Source: Planctomycetota bacterium (GTDB taxonomy: Bacteria; Planctomycetota; MHYJ01; WSZJ01). From it: a stretch of 64,000 nucleotides of DNA. A program made the position numbers and the translations under genes. The notes below the pieces were generated by a model. It was given only the letters and a program-made list of their open reading frames with translations, did no database searches and was not told the DNA's origin. Positions 28,084 to 37,700 of the stretch are shown here, piece after piece. Every line of letters starts with the position of its first letter. The stretch's first letter is position 1. The stretch lies in the NCBI GenBank assembly GCA_038060895.1, contig JBBTCT010000007.1:210889-274888 (forward strand), written 5' to 3'.

Positions 28084-28653
28084 ATGCGCGAAGATACCCT
28101 CCAGCAGTTTTGTGAAAAGCTGTCCGCGAAGACGCCGACGCCCGGTGGGGGCTCAGTCGCCGCGCTCTCCGGGGCGCTCGCCTGTTCCCTCGGGTCGATG
28201 GTCGCGCGGTTCTCCAAAGACGACGCCACCGCGCAGAAATGGGACAAGCAGCGGGACCGCTTCCTCGACCTGATCCTCGAGGATTCGCAGGCGTACGACG
28301 GGGTGTCGGCGGTGTTCAAGCTCGCGAAGGACGACCCTGCGCGGCCGGGGCGGATGCAGGAGGCCCTTTTGAAGGCCGCCGCGCCGCCGGCCGAGGGGCT
28401 GCGGCTGATCACGGCATTCATCGCGGAGCTGGCGGAGTTCGCGCCGAAGGCCAAGGGGTCGGTCGCGAGCGACCTCGCAGTGTCGGCGTACGAGTCGGAG
28501 GCGGCGGCGCGCGGGTTCATGCTGAACGTCCGTGCGAACACGTCGATGCTGAAGGACAAAGCGGTGGCGGCGCCGCTCGAAGCGGAGGGCGCCAGGAATC
28601 TTGAAGCGCTTCTCGCCGGGACAAAACGTGTTCGCGAGGTGGTGAATGGGTAG
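28084..28653 (+). CDS. fchA: Cyclodeaminase/cyclohydrolase family protein (FchA-like)
   Basis: TLQQFCEKLSAKTPTPGGGSVAALSGAL, DSQAYDGV, SDL and LNVRAN; sits directly before fhs. Confidence 0.85.
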   Translation: MREDTLQQFCEKLSAKTPTPGGGSVAALSGALACSLGSMVARFSKDDATAQKWDKQRDRFLDLILEDSQAYDGVSAVFKLAKDDPARPGRMQEALLKAAAPPAEGLRLITAFIAELAEFAPKAKGSVASDLAVSAYESEAAARGFMLNVRANTSMLKDKAVAAPLEAEGARNLEALLAGTKRVREVVNG

Positions 28654-30349
28654 CAGCGACCTCGAGATCAGCCGGAGCGCGAAGCTGGAGCCGATCGGGA
28701 AGCTTGCGGAGAAATTCGGTTTCCGCGAGGAGGAAGTCGAGCCGTACGGGCGGACGAAGGCGAAGATCCGGCTGGAATCGGAAAAGCGCCTCGGGCCGCC
28801 GAAGGCGAAAATGGTCGTCGTCACGGCGATCACGCCGACGCCGCTGGGCGAAGGCAAGACCGTCACGACCGTCGGGCTTGGGCAGGCTCTTCGGCACATC
28901 GGTGTGAACGCCTGGACGTGCATCCGGCAGCCGTCCGCGGGGCCGGTGTTCGGGATCAAGGGCGGCGCGGCGGGGGGCGGGCGCTCGCAGGTCGTGCCGA
29001 TGGAGGACATCAATCTCCACCTGACGGGCGACATCCATGCGGTCGCCATCGCGCACAACCTGCTGTCGGCGTTCGTGGATAACCACCTGAACCACGGGAA
29101 CGCGCTCAAGATCGACCCGGACAGCATCCTCTGGGGGCGCGTCGTGGACGTGAACGACCGCGCACTGCGGAAGGTGCTCGTCGGGCTCTCGGAGGACTGC
29201 GGGCCAATCCGCCACTCGCGCTTCGACATCGCCGTTGCGAGCGAAGTCATGGCGGTCCTCGCGCTGGCGTCGTCGCCCAGGGACCTGCGCGACCGCCTGG
29301 CACGGATGATCGTCGGGTACCGCGAGGGGGACAACGGCAAGCCGGTCCCGGCGACCGCGGGCGATCTCAAGTGCGCCGGCGCGATGGCCGCGCTCCTGCG
29401 CGAGGCCCTGCGCCCGAACCTCATGCAGAACATGGAAGGCGGCCCGGCGTTCGTCCACTGCGGTCCCTTCGGCAACATCGCTCACGGCAACTCGTCCATC
29501 GTCGCAGACCGCATCGCAGCGCGCCTGGGCGACGTCGTCGTGACGGAAGCGGGATTCGGGAGCGACCTTGGGTTCGAGAAGTTCATCCACGTGAAGACGG
29601 CGGCGGGCGGCATCCCCGCGAACGCCGCCGTCGTCGTCTGCACCTGCCGGGCCCTCAAGGCTCACTCGGGTCTCTTCAAGGTGAAGCCCGGCGTCCCGCT
29701 CGACCCGCTTCTCGCCAACGAAAACCTCGACGCGCTCGAAAAGGGCATCGCGAATCTCGGTCACCACATTCGAAATGTTGCGGGGTTCGGCATCCCCGCC
29801 GTCGTCGCCATCAACCGCTTCCCCGGCGATTCGGATCGCGAAATCGAGCGCATCCGGAAGTACGCGCTCGCCAACGGCGCCACCGACGCGGTGGAGTCGC
29901 AGGTGCATGCGAAGGGCGGACCGGGAGGCGCCGAGCTTGCGAAAGCGGTGATGAAAGCGGCCGGAGAAGGCCGGACGGCGAAGCCGCACTTTGCGCCCGA
30001 CGCAACGGTAGAGGAGAAGATCCGGGCTGTTGCCGCGAAAGTTTACCGCGCGAAGGACGTCGCATTCGCGCCGGCGGCGCGGGCGACACTGAAGAAACTC
30101 GCGAAGGACGGGCTGGACCGCCTCGCAGTCTGCATGGCCAAAACGCACCTCTCGACGTCCCACGACCCTGAACTGAAAGGCGCGCCGGAGGGATTCACGC
30201 TGCCGGTCCGGGAAATCCGGATCAGCGCGGGAGCGGGATTCGTCGTGCCGCTCTGCGGCGACGTCACCACGATGCCGGGATTGCCGTCCCGCCCCGCCGG
30301 GGAACGCATCGACATCGACGACGACGGGAATGTCACGGGGCTCGCGTGA
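28646..30349 (+). CDS. fhs: Formate-tetrahydrofolate ligase
   Basis: Motifs TAITPTPLGEGKT, GIKGGAAGGG, NLHLTGDIHA, GPFGNIAHGNSS, TEAGFGSDLG and CMAKT. Confidence 0.97.
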   Translation: MGSSDLEISRSAKLEPIGKLAEKFGFREEEVEPYGRTKAKIRLESEKRLGPPKAKMVVVTAITPTPLGEGKTVTTVGLGQALRHIGVNAWTCIRQPSAGPVFGIKGGAAGGGRSQVVPMEDINLHLTGDIHAVAIAHNLLSAFVDNHLNHGNALKIDPDSILWGRVVDVNDRALRKVLVGLSEDCGPIRHSRFDIAVASEVMAVLALASSPRDLRDRLARMIVGYREGDNGKPVPATAGDLKCAGAMAALLREALRPNLMQNMEGGPAFVHCGPFGNIAHGNSSIVADRIAARLGDVVVTEAGFGSDLGFEKFIHVKTAAGGIPANAAVVVCTCRALKAHSGLFKVKPGVPLDPLLANENLDALEKGIANLGHHIRNVAGFGIPAVVAINRFPGDSDREIERIRKYALANGATDAVESQVHAKGGPGGAELAKAVMKAAGEGRTAKPHFAPDATVEEKIRAVAAKVYRAKDVAFAPAARATLKKLAKDGLDRLAVCMAKTHLSTSHDPELKGAPEGFTLPVREIRISAGAGFVVPLCGDVTTMPGLPSRPAGERIDIDDDGNVTGLA

Positions 30350-31221
30350 GCGCGCTTCTCCTCGACGGCCATGTCTTCGCCGGCGAAATCCTCGCGAAGG
30401 TCAAGATCGACGCGAAGGCGCTTCGGGACTCCGGCCGCCCCGCCCACCTTGCCGCGCTCATCGTGGGTCATGCCGGAGCCAGCGAGGTCTACCTCCGGAA
30501 CCAGAAGAAGGCGTGTGCGGAAGCGGACGTCGACTTCGAGCTGCACCAGCTTGCGGAGACGGTGACGGAACCGGAGGCGATCACCGAACTGGGCCGGCTG
30601 AATGCCGACCCGAAGGTCACGGGGATCATCCTGCACCAGCCACTCCCGCCCCACATCGACGAGCGACGGATGCGGGAAGCGCTGGACCCTGCGAAGGACG
30701 TGGAGTCGATGACGCCCGCCAATTTCGGGCGGCTGGTGATGGGGCAATTCACGATTGCGCCGTCAACGGCGTCTGCGGCGCTTGAGATGGCGCGGCGCGC
30801 GCGGCCGGACATGACGGGGCTGGAATGCGTCATCATCGGCCATTCTGAAATCGTCGGGAAGCCGCTGGCGCTTCTCCTTCTTCAGTCCGCACGCAACTCC
30901 CCCACCGTCACGACCTGCCACATCGCGACGCGCGACCTGCGGCTTCACACGTTGCGCGCGGACCTGCTCTTCGTCGCCGCGGGCGTGCCGGGCCTGGTCA
31001 AACGCGACATGGTGAAGCCGGGTGCGACGGTGATCGACATCGGGATCAACCGTGTGAAAGGTGCGGACGGGAAGACGCGGACGGTCGGAGATGTGGAGCC
31101 GGGAGTCGCCGATGTCGCGGCGCACCTTTCTCCCGTGCCCGGCGGCGTCGGGCCTATCACAGTCGCCGTGCTCCTGCGCAATAGCGTTCAGCTCGCGCAG
31201 CGCAGCAACCCCACGCGCTGA
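30346..31221 (+). CDS. folD: Methylenetetrahydrofolate dehydrogenase (FolD family)
   Basis: Motifs LNADPKVTGII, DPAKDVE, SEIVGKPLA, VKPGATVIDIGINR and PVPGGVGPITVA. Confidence 0.95.
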   Translation: MSALLLDGHVFAGEILAKVKIDAKALRDSGRPAHLAALIVGHAGASEVYLRNQKKACAEADVDFELHQLAETVTEPEAITELGRLNADPKVTGIILHQPLPPHIDERRMREALDPAKDVESMTPANFGRLVMGQFTIAPSTASAALEMARRARPDMTGLECVIIGHSEIVGKPLALLLLQSARNSPTVTTCHIATRDLRLHTLRADLLFVAAGVPGLVKRDMVKPGATVIDIGINRVKGADGKTRTVGDVEPGVADVAAHLSPVPGGVGPITVAVLLRNSVQLAQRSNPTR

Positions 31222-31235
31222 GCGCGCGGGAAAAT

Positions 31236-31271
31236 AAAAGCGGGGCCAGGCTTTTCAGCCCGGCCCCGCGT
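31236..31271 (-). terminator. Terminator hairpin between convergent genes
   Basis: GCGGGGCC...GGCCCCGC stem with an A run on the left (U run on the minus strand). Confidence 0.7.
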
Positions 31272-31287
31272 CAATCGACTGGAAGGA

Positions 31288-32907
31288 CTACTTCGCGTTC
31301 TTCTTCGAACGCCGGCGTACGAGCATCCAGAAGCCCAGCAGCAGGGGCGCTTCCATGCCCGTCAAACCGCACCGCTTGTGCTTGCTTCCGCCGCTGCTTT
31401 CGTTGAAGCCGGCGCCGTTGTCGTTATAGATGGTGCCGCCGCCACCGCCGCCGCCGCCACCGCCGCCGCCGGGAGGGCCACCCGAGCCCGTACCGGACTG
31501 GCATGTGATGTAAACAGGGAAGCTGCTGGGCGAAACCGTCGTGGTGAAGACCAGGATGCCGTCAATGCCGTAGTTGTTGATGGTTCCAGTGCCGCCCGGG
31601 GGGCCCAGGTTGCAGAAGACGACTTCCGAATCATCGTTGTCCACGGCGACGCCGTAGTGGACGGGCTCGGTGTCGAGGGCTGGAGTCGGGTCTGCGAAAT
31701 ACAGGAACGACTTGTCAGAAACCGTGGGCGATCCGGCAGGTGTGATCGAAGCGAAGACTTTGACTCCGATCGGGCCGTCCGTGGCAGGGGGCGGAACGCT
31801 CTGGTCCTGATCGGACACGTAACTCACGGTCGAGAACTTCGCGCAGTCGATCCCGACCGGGTACCAGAAGGGAGCGATCAGCGGCCCCAGCGGCGTGGCG
31901 GGATCAATGTTCGGCGGCACGACGCCAGCTTCCACGGCCAGCGTTGTCGCATCAGCCAGCGTGTTGATGACCATGACGAAGCCGGGGGACGGCGGGGGCA
32001 TGGCTCCCGGGATGTCCGGCTCGCCGTTGTTGGAAACGTAACAACGCGCGCCGCCCGAATCGTACGGAAGCGTACTGGGGCTGAACGTCAGGTAATGGCA
32101 ATGATTGAACTCGGCCGAAGGAAGTTCCGTCACCGACAGCGTCGAGACGTAATCTCCGGCCACATCGATCGTGAATCCGTTCACCTGGCTGAGGTTGACG
32201 GGCGTCGGCCCGATGAACCCTTCGTTGTGCGAAGCAAAGTAAACCTTGGATGAATCCGGGGCAACGTCGATGCCCCACGGACGGACCACCCACGAAAGCA
32301 CGCCTACAAACGGCGGCGTCACGATGGTTCCGAATTCGCCGGCGAGGTCGCCCGATCCCGGGACGACGTCGGTCGTCAGCTTGTCCCCAGGGTTCGTAAC
32401 CGGGGCAAAGCTATAGGTCAGGGTCGCTGCCGGAAGAGGAGTGATCTGCCGAGCGATGCGGATCGAGGAAGGCGTGGCGCCGCTGGGCAGACACGACACG
32501 TAGATGCGCGCTCCGGACGGGTGGAACTTGGGGAAGATGGCCCCCGGCGAGTCCCCCGCGATCGACGAATCCCGCATGTCGATCGTCTGGATGACCGAGT
32601 TATAGGTCGGGCTGCCCGGGAGGATGTCCACGATGACGCAGAACGGGGCGTCACAGTAGGCAAGAATCGGACCTTCGCTGCTCGAGAAGACCAGCGAATC
32701 GATCCCGTAGGGCGCGCCGAACCCGTAGGTCGCGGAAACGCGCGGATCGACCGGAATCGTCACGATCGGCCCGATGACACCGGTGGCCGAGTCATAACTG
32801 AAAACTCCGGGAGTCAATCCCTGCTGCGTAAACCAGAAAATGTCCGCCTTGCTGGACCCCGCGGTCAGTGCGAGAGCCAGAAGCGTCAGAACGCTACGAA
32901 TCCTCAC
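31288..32907 (-). CDS. Secreted beta-propeller-like surface protein with poly-Gly linker and C-terminal sorting signal
   Basis: Signal peptide; YVTN-like blades (PWGIDVAPDSSKVYF, PVGID); poly-Gly linker; CGLTGME, hydrophobic helix and RRR tail; AAGGAGG RBS. Confidence 0.75.
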   Translation of the reverse strand: MRIRSVLTLLALALTAGSSKADIFWFTQQGLTPGVFSYDSATGVIGPIVTIPVDPRVSATYGFGAPYGIDSLVFSSSEGPILAYCDAPFCVIVDILPGSPTYNSVIQTIDMRDSSIAGDSPGAIFPKFHPSGARIYVSCLPSGATPSSIRIARQITPLPAATLTYSFAPVTNPGDKLTTDVVPGSGDLAGEFGTIVTPPFVGVLSWVVRPWGIDVAPDSSKVYFASHNEGFIGPTPVNLSQVNGFTIDVAGDYVSTLSVTELPSAEFNHCHYLTFSPSTLPYDSGGARCYVSNNGEPDIPGAMPPPSPGFVMVINTLADATTLAVEAGVVPPNIDPATPLGPLIAPFWYPVGIDCAKFSTVSYVSDQDQSVPPPATDGPIGVKVFASITPAGSPTVSDKSFLYFADPTPALDTEPVHYGVAVDNDDSEVVFCNLGPPGGTGTINNYGIDGILVFTTTVSPSSFPVYITCQSGTGSGGPPGGGGGGGGGGGGTIYNDNGAGFNESSGGSKHKRCGLTGMEAPLLLGFWMLVRRRSKKNAK

Positions 32908-33101
32908 TTCCCCTCCTTTCGCCCACCTCTGGGCAGATTAACCCTTTACAGGCTGTAAAGGGCAGGGCTTTGAAACCCTCTTTACCGAGCGTTTCCGGTC
33001 AGGATGATGATCTAAAGCAAGCCTCGTACCGCTCGGATTGGTGGCGGATTCTACAGGAAAAGGCAGGGAGTCAAGACGAAAATGACCCTACAATTGGACG
33101 C

Positions 33102-34010
33102 GTGAATCGAAGGGTCGTTACAGGGATGTTCATGGCGCTGGCCGCATGTTCCTGCGGCGGACCGCAACGCCGTGCGGACACTGGCCCCGAGCCGGGCCAC
33201 ACCAGGCTGACCGCGTTCGGCGATGTTTGTGAAGACCCTTGCCCCGTCCAGGGAGGGATCCTCTTCGCCCGCCGCGCGCCTGGACGCACATTTCAAATCT
33301 GGGTTCTTCCGGATTCGGGGCCGGCACCACACGAAGAGCTGATCAGCGACGATGACTTGCGTGCGCCTGCAGCGTCCGCCGAAGGTCTTCTGGCATTTGC
33401 GGCAAACAAAGGAGGAACCTGGGATATCTTCACGACCACTCCCGGGGCGCCGACAATTGCCGGAACCGACGCCGACGAGACCGGCCCGACCTGGGCGCCT
33501 GACGGCAAGCGGCTCGCCTGGGCGGCCTTCGATAGACGCGCCGCAGAATGGCGCCTCCGGATCGGGGACGGATCAGGAGAGGCGCGTGAGCTGGGAGCCG
33601 GGTTCGCGCCCGCGTGGCATCCGACCGAGGACCGGATCGCCTGCCAGAGAACCCGGCACGGCGACCGCCTCTGGAGCGTCGTGATCATCGATGTCGCCTC
33701 AGGCCGCGCAACGGAACCGTGGCCTGAACCGGGCCGCGGCGCAATCACGCCGTCCTGGTCGCGCGACGGCCAATGGATCTTCTTCGCGGCCCGCATCGAA
33801 TCCCCGGAGCAGGACGAACCGCAGTTCGACGGTCTCTGGGCCGTCTCCGCGGATGGAGCGAAGCGCGTGCGCCTGACCGCAGCGAATGTTGAATCGTTCA
33901 GCCCGCGCGAAACGTCCGACGGCCGAATCGTTTACTGCAGACGAGAAGGAACTGCGGTCGAGCTCTGGTCCTTCAAGTCGCCGCTCGCTCGCGCAGAACA
34001 ACCGAAGTAA
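33102..34010 (+). CDS. TolB-like (PD40 repeat) lipoprotein
   Basis: LAACSC lipobox-like motif; blades GPTWAPDGKRLA, PAWHP and TPSWSRDGQWIFF; TACAAT 7 nt upstream of GTG 33102. Confidence 0.8.
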   Translation: MNRRVVTGMFMALAACSCGGPQRRADTGPEPGHTRLTAFGDVCEDPCPVQGGILFARRAPGRTFQIWVLPDSGPAPHEELISDDDLRAPAASAEGLLAFAANKGGTWDIFTTTPGAPTIAGTDADETGPTWAPDGKRLAWAAFDRRAAEWRLRIGDGSGEARELGAGFAPAWHPTEDRIACQRTRHGDRLWSVVIIDVASGRATEPWPEPGRGAITPSWSRDGQWIFFAARIESPEQDEPQFDGLWAVSADGAKRVRLTAANVESFSPRETSDGRIVYCRREGTAVELWSFKSPLARAEQPK

Positions 34011-34029
34011 CCGAAGCAGTTGCCTTTCG

Positions 34030-34159
34030 CGGCCGAAGCGCCGACCGGGGTGCTCTTTTTGTGTGGATCTTGATTTCTCACGAGGGGCGCGGCCGTTCGT
34101 GCCCCTCGTGAGAAATCAAGAGCCACACAAAAAGAGGACCCCGGTCGGCGCTTCGGCCG
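34030..34159. repeat. Near-perfect 130-bp palindrome
   Basis: 62-bp arms (34030-34091 and 34098-34159) with 3 mismatches and a 6-nt loop. Confidence 0.92.
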
Positions 34160-34170
34160 AACCGGGGTCC
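34129..34170 (-). terminator. Rho-independent terminator downstream of the flagellar cluster
   Basis: GGACCCCGG...CCGGGGTCC stem (34136-34170) followed by TCTTTTT on the minus strand. Confidence 0.7.
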
Positions 34171-34256
34171 ATTCGGAGAGGGGCGAGTTTGAGGGCCGAA
34201 GCGGGCGCCGTCCTGCGTCATTCCCGGTTTCCCGCGCGTCACCGGCCACGCATTAC

Positions 34257-34284
34257 ATATCGGCGCCTAAACCGGTCGGCCTGA
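34257..34284 (-). promoter_or_regulatory. Candidate sigma28 (FliA/SigD) promoter
   Basis: TCAG-N16-GCCGATAT on the minus strand; the -10 matches the sigma28 consensus and the -35 is imperfect. Confidence 0.45.
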
Positions 34285-34349
34285 GGCAATTCCATCATTC
34301 TGGCCGATGTTTTTTTTGACAGTCGCGTCGCCGTTCGCCAACTTCCCCG

Positions 34350-34766
34350 CTACCCCGTTCGCACCACCCGCGCGCTGTCCTCTTCCGACGATGCCCCCGC
34401 CCGCAGCGCAGCCACCGCTTCCCCGAACATTCCCCTCAGCTTTCCGAGGATCGCCAGCGCCTCTTCGGCCGGCGCCGCCGTCCCGTCGAGGTTGGCCGCC
34501 ACGAGGCGTCGGTAGACGAACATGTAGAGGCCCGCGAGATTGCGGCGAAGCGCCGGGTCGAGGCCGGGGTCAAGCGCCGCGGACAGTTCGAGCGCGATGG
34601 CCTGGGCGCGAAGGTAGAGGGGCGAGGCGCCCGGACGGTCTCCCGCGGCGGTTTTCTCGCGCGCCTGGGTGGCGAAGCGGATGGCGCCGTCGAGAAGCAT
34701 GAGCAGCAGCTTTTCCTTGGGAGCGGTGAGGACCTGGGTTTCGAGATAACGCCTCGCTTCGTTCAC
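34350..34766 (-). CDS. fliS: Flagellin export chaperone FliS
   Basis: YLETQVLTAPKEKLLLMLLDGAIRF and NLAGLYMFVYRRLVAAN; follows fliD. Confidence 0.93.
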   Translation of the reverse strand: MNEARRYLETQVLTAPKEKLLLMLLDGAIRFATQAREKTAAGDRPGASPLYLRAQAIALELSAALDPGLDPALRRNLAGLYMFVYRRLVAANLDGTAAPAEEALAILGKLRGMFGEAVAALRAGASSEEDSARVVRTG

Positions 34767-37700
34767 CGCGAACCTCCCGAACGCATGGACTGGAGAAGCG
34801 GGGCCAGGGACGCGTTGAGGAGCGCCAGGGTCGCGTTGTTCTGAGAGAGGAATTCCTCGAGCGCGGCGAACCGGCGGGTGAGACGGTCGACAGTGTCCTG
34901 GACGCGCTTCTCGGCGGTCTCGATGTCCTCGCGCAGGCTCTCGATCGTGCTCTCGATCCCGGTCGTCTTGCGGGAAATCAGCCCGTCAGGTGAAGTTGCG
35001 AGAGTGTCGAGCCCCTCCACCGCCCTGCGCGCGGCCCCGGGGTCGCGCGTGAGATCCACGGGGGCGCCTGTCAGAAGGGGCGCGCCGTCAACCGCCTGTT
35101 GGAGGCCAAGCTGCGCCGCGGCGGGCGACCCGCCGAGCGGTTCGAGGCGGAAGGAGGCTGCGCCGGCCGTCGCGTCGGAGAGCTGGATCGAACGGCCGTC
35201 GGGGGAAATCGATGCCAGGAGGGAGCCGGTGTTTTCAGCGTCGGTGTTGATGCGGTCCAGAAGCTGCGAGACGGACTTGACGCCAGCGAGCGAGACGGAG
35301 ACCGAGGTGCCGTCGTGAAGGGTGACCTTGAAATCGTCGCCGCTTGAATTGCGGGAGACGCCCAGGCCGTTGCGGAAGTCCGCGAGCTTCGTATCGAGCG
35401 CGAGCGTGCGGCCGGCGCTGAAGAAGTCGCGGACCTGGTCGGGAGTCGAGGCGAGCGCCGCGTCGAGCTTCGTTTCATTCACGGAAAAGCGGCCGTCCTG
35501 CCCGAGTTCGAGGCCGAGCGTCGCGAAATCACGGATGCTCCCCGAAGGAAGCCCCGTCACGGGTCGATTGAACAGGTCGTAGAGCGCGCGGTCGGCGGCG
35601 CGGAGCGTGGGGTCTCCGAAGAGGGGGCCCGCGGAATTGGTCGCCGTGTCGAAGGAGCCAAGCTGGTCGATGAGGTCGGCGGCCGCGTTGAACGCGGACG
35701 CCAGGTCTTTGACGGCTTCCTTGACGGCTGAGGTGTCGGCATTCACGGCGACGCTGACCGGCCCGCCAGGGCCGCGGAGGTCGAGCGTCAGCCCGGGAGC
35801 GGCGCCCGTGACGGTATTCCCCGGGGACTGGATGAGCGCGGTGCTGGAACCGCTTCCGGTCAGCACTTGCGCGTCCTGGCCCGCGGCGAGGAGGCCCATC
35901 GTGAGGCTGCCGACGTTGGTATCGACGACGACGCGGCCGCGGGAACCAGGCTGTGTGGAAATGAGGGAGAGGCGGAAAGGCGTGCCCAGGGAGCCGTCCG
36001 AGACGGCGGCGGCGCTGATGGGGATGCCGAGGGCGTTGAGGCGGGTGACGACGGCGTTGAGGGAGTCGCCGGAGGAAATGGCGGCGCGGATCTCGAAGGT
36101 GCCGTCGAGCGTCCCGGGGGACGAGAGCGGAGCGACGCCGAGGAGGCGCAGGTCGCGCGCGGTCCGTCCGCCCGCGACCTCGTCGACGCGGATCGCCCCG
36201 GCGCCGGCCGCCTGCGACAGGAGGATTCCGTCACCGGCGTCGTCGATGCGGGCGCGGAGGGAGGAGCCCACCGAAGAAGCGGCGGCGTTGATCTCGTCGA
36301 CGACGTCGAACACGGTGTCGTCGTCGGACTGCGAAAGATCCACCGTGAAGGAAGTGCCGGTGCGATCCGTGACTCGAATCTTCCCGGCCATGACGCCGCT
36401 CCCGGCATTGAGCGCGGCAAGCGGCGTGTTGTCGGTGAGAAGCGCGGGATCCGTGTCGGCGCCCGGGATCCGCGCGGGATCCGAGCCGAGGCGGAACGCG
36501 TCGCCGGCGAGGGCGCCGGCGGCGAGGGGATCGCCGGAGAGAGTGAGGTTCCCCGTCGAGGCATCGAAGGCGGTCACGGTGAAGGAAGTCCCCGCCGCCG
36601 CGCCGGTCGTGAACGTGAGCGACTGGTTGACGAAGGTCGAGGAGTCCATGCCCGTCAGGTCGGCCGAAGACACCGAAGTCGCGGTCACGGAGCCGGCCGT
36701 CGAAGCGCTCACGAGCCCGAGATCCCGCGCGGTCGTCGAACCCGCTTCGGAAACCGCCAGCGACCCCGCGCCTCCCGCGAGATCGAGGAGCACGAGGCCG
36801 TTGCCCTCGGTGTTGAAGCGCGCTTCGAAAAGGCCCGTTCCCGCGCGGTTGATTTCCGCGACGACGGCGTTGACGGTTTCGCGGGACCGGAAAGCCCCTG
36901 CGCCGCCGACTGCGGCGACGGGGGCAGTGAACGTCACGTCGAACGCTCCGCCGCCGGCGGCAGTAGTGCTCTCGACCACCGCATACTCGTTGACGGCGCC
37001 GTCGGAGAGGCGGAGGACCATGCCGGCGCGGATATCGGCGCCTCCGGCGATCGTGAGCGTGTCGGCGGAGACGACGCCCGTGACGGCAGTGCGGTAACGT
37101 CCGGAGAGGTCGACGGAGGTCGAGCCGCCGGCCGTGTCTCCGATGGAGATTGAACCGCCGGTGACTCCCTGGATGTCGGTCGCCGCGGGAACGGACCCGT
37201 CCGGATAACAGAGGGAGGAGCCGCCGTTGAGCGTCCGGGCAAGCAGCCCGTTGAGATCGCCGATGAGGCGCGCACCGGCGAGGAAATTGCGCCCGGCGCC
37301 CGCCGACGGATCGCCCGCGAGTTCGCTCGAAACGAGAAGTCCCAGGTCGAGAGCGGCGTTCGAGCCGGCAGCCGCCGTGACCGTGAGGTTCCCCGCGCCC
37401 CCTGCCGTGTCGGTCAGCTGGATCGCGTTCCCTTCGGCGTTGAGCGCCGCCGTCACCGCGCCGCCGGTCGCCGCCGTGATCGCCGCCATCACATCGCCGA
37501 CCGTCGCCGCGCCCGCGATTTCCACCGCATACGCAGTTCCGTCCGTCGAGGTCACCGTGAAATCCGTCCCCGCCTTCTGGCGAACGCCGGCGCCGTCGTT
37601 GAGAAGTGCCAGCTTCGTCGCCGCCGTGACGTGATTCACGTTTGCGCCGAAGCGCGTTTCGCCGGCCGCGAGCGTTCCGGTCAGCCCCAGGTCCGAGGCC

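Noticed and set aside
33932-34249. 105-aa minus-strand ORF, and the 132-aa plus-strand ORF 33886-34284, across the palindrome
   Set aside because: The translations mirror the palindrome, cross a terminator and overlap the TolB-like gene; more likely non-coding.
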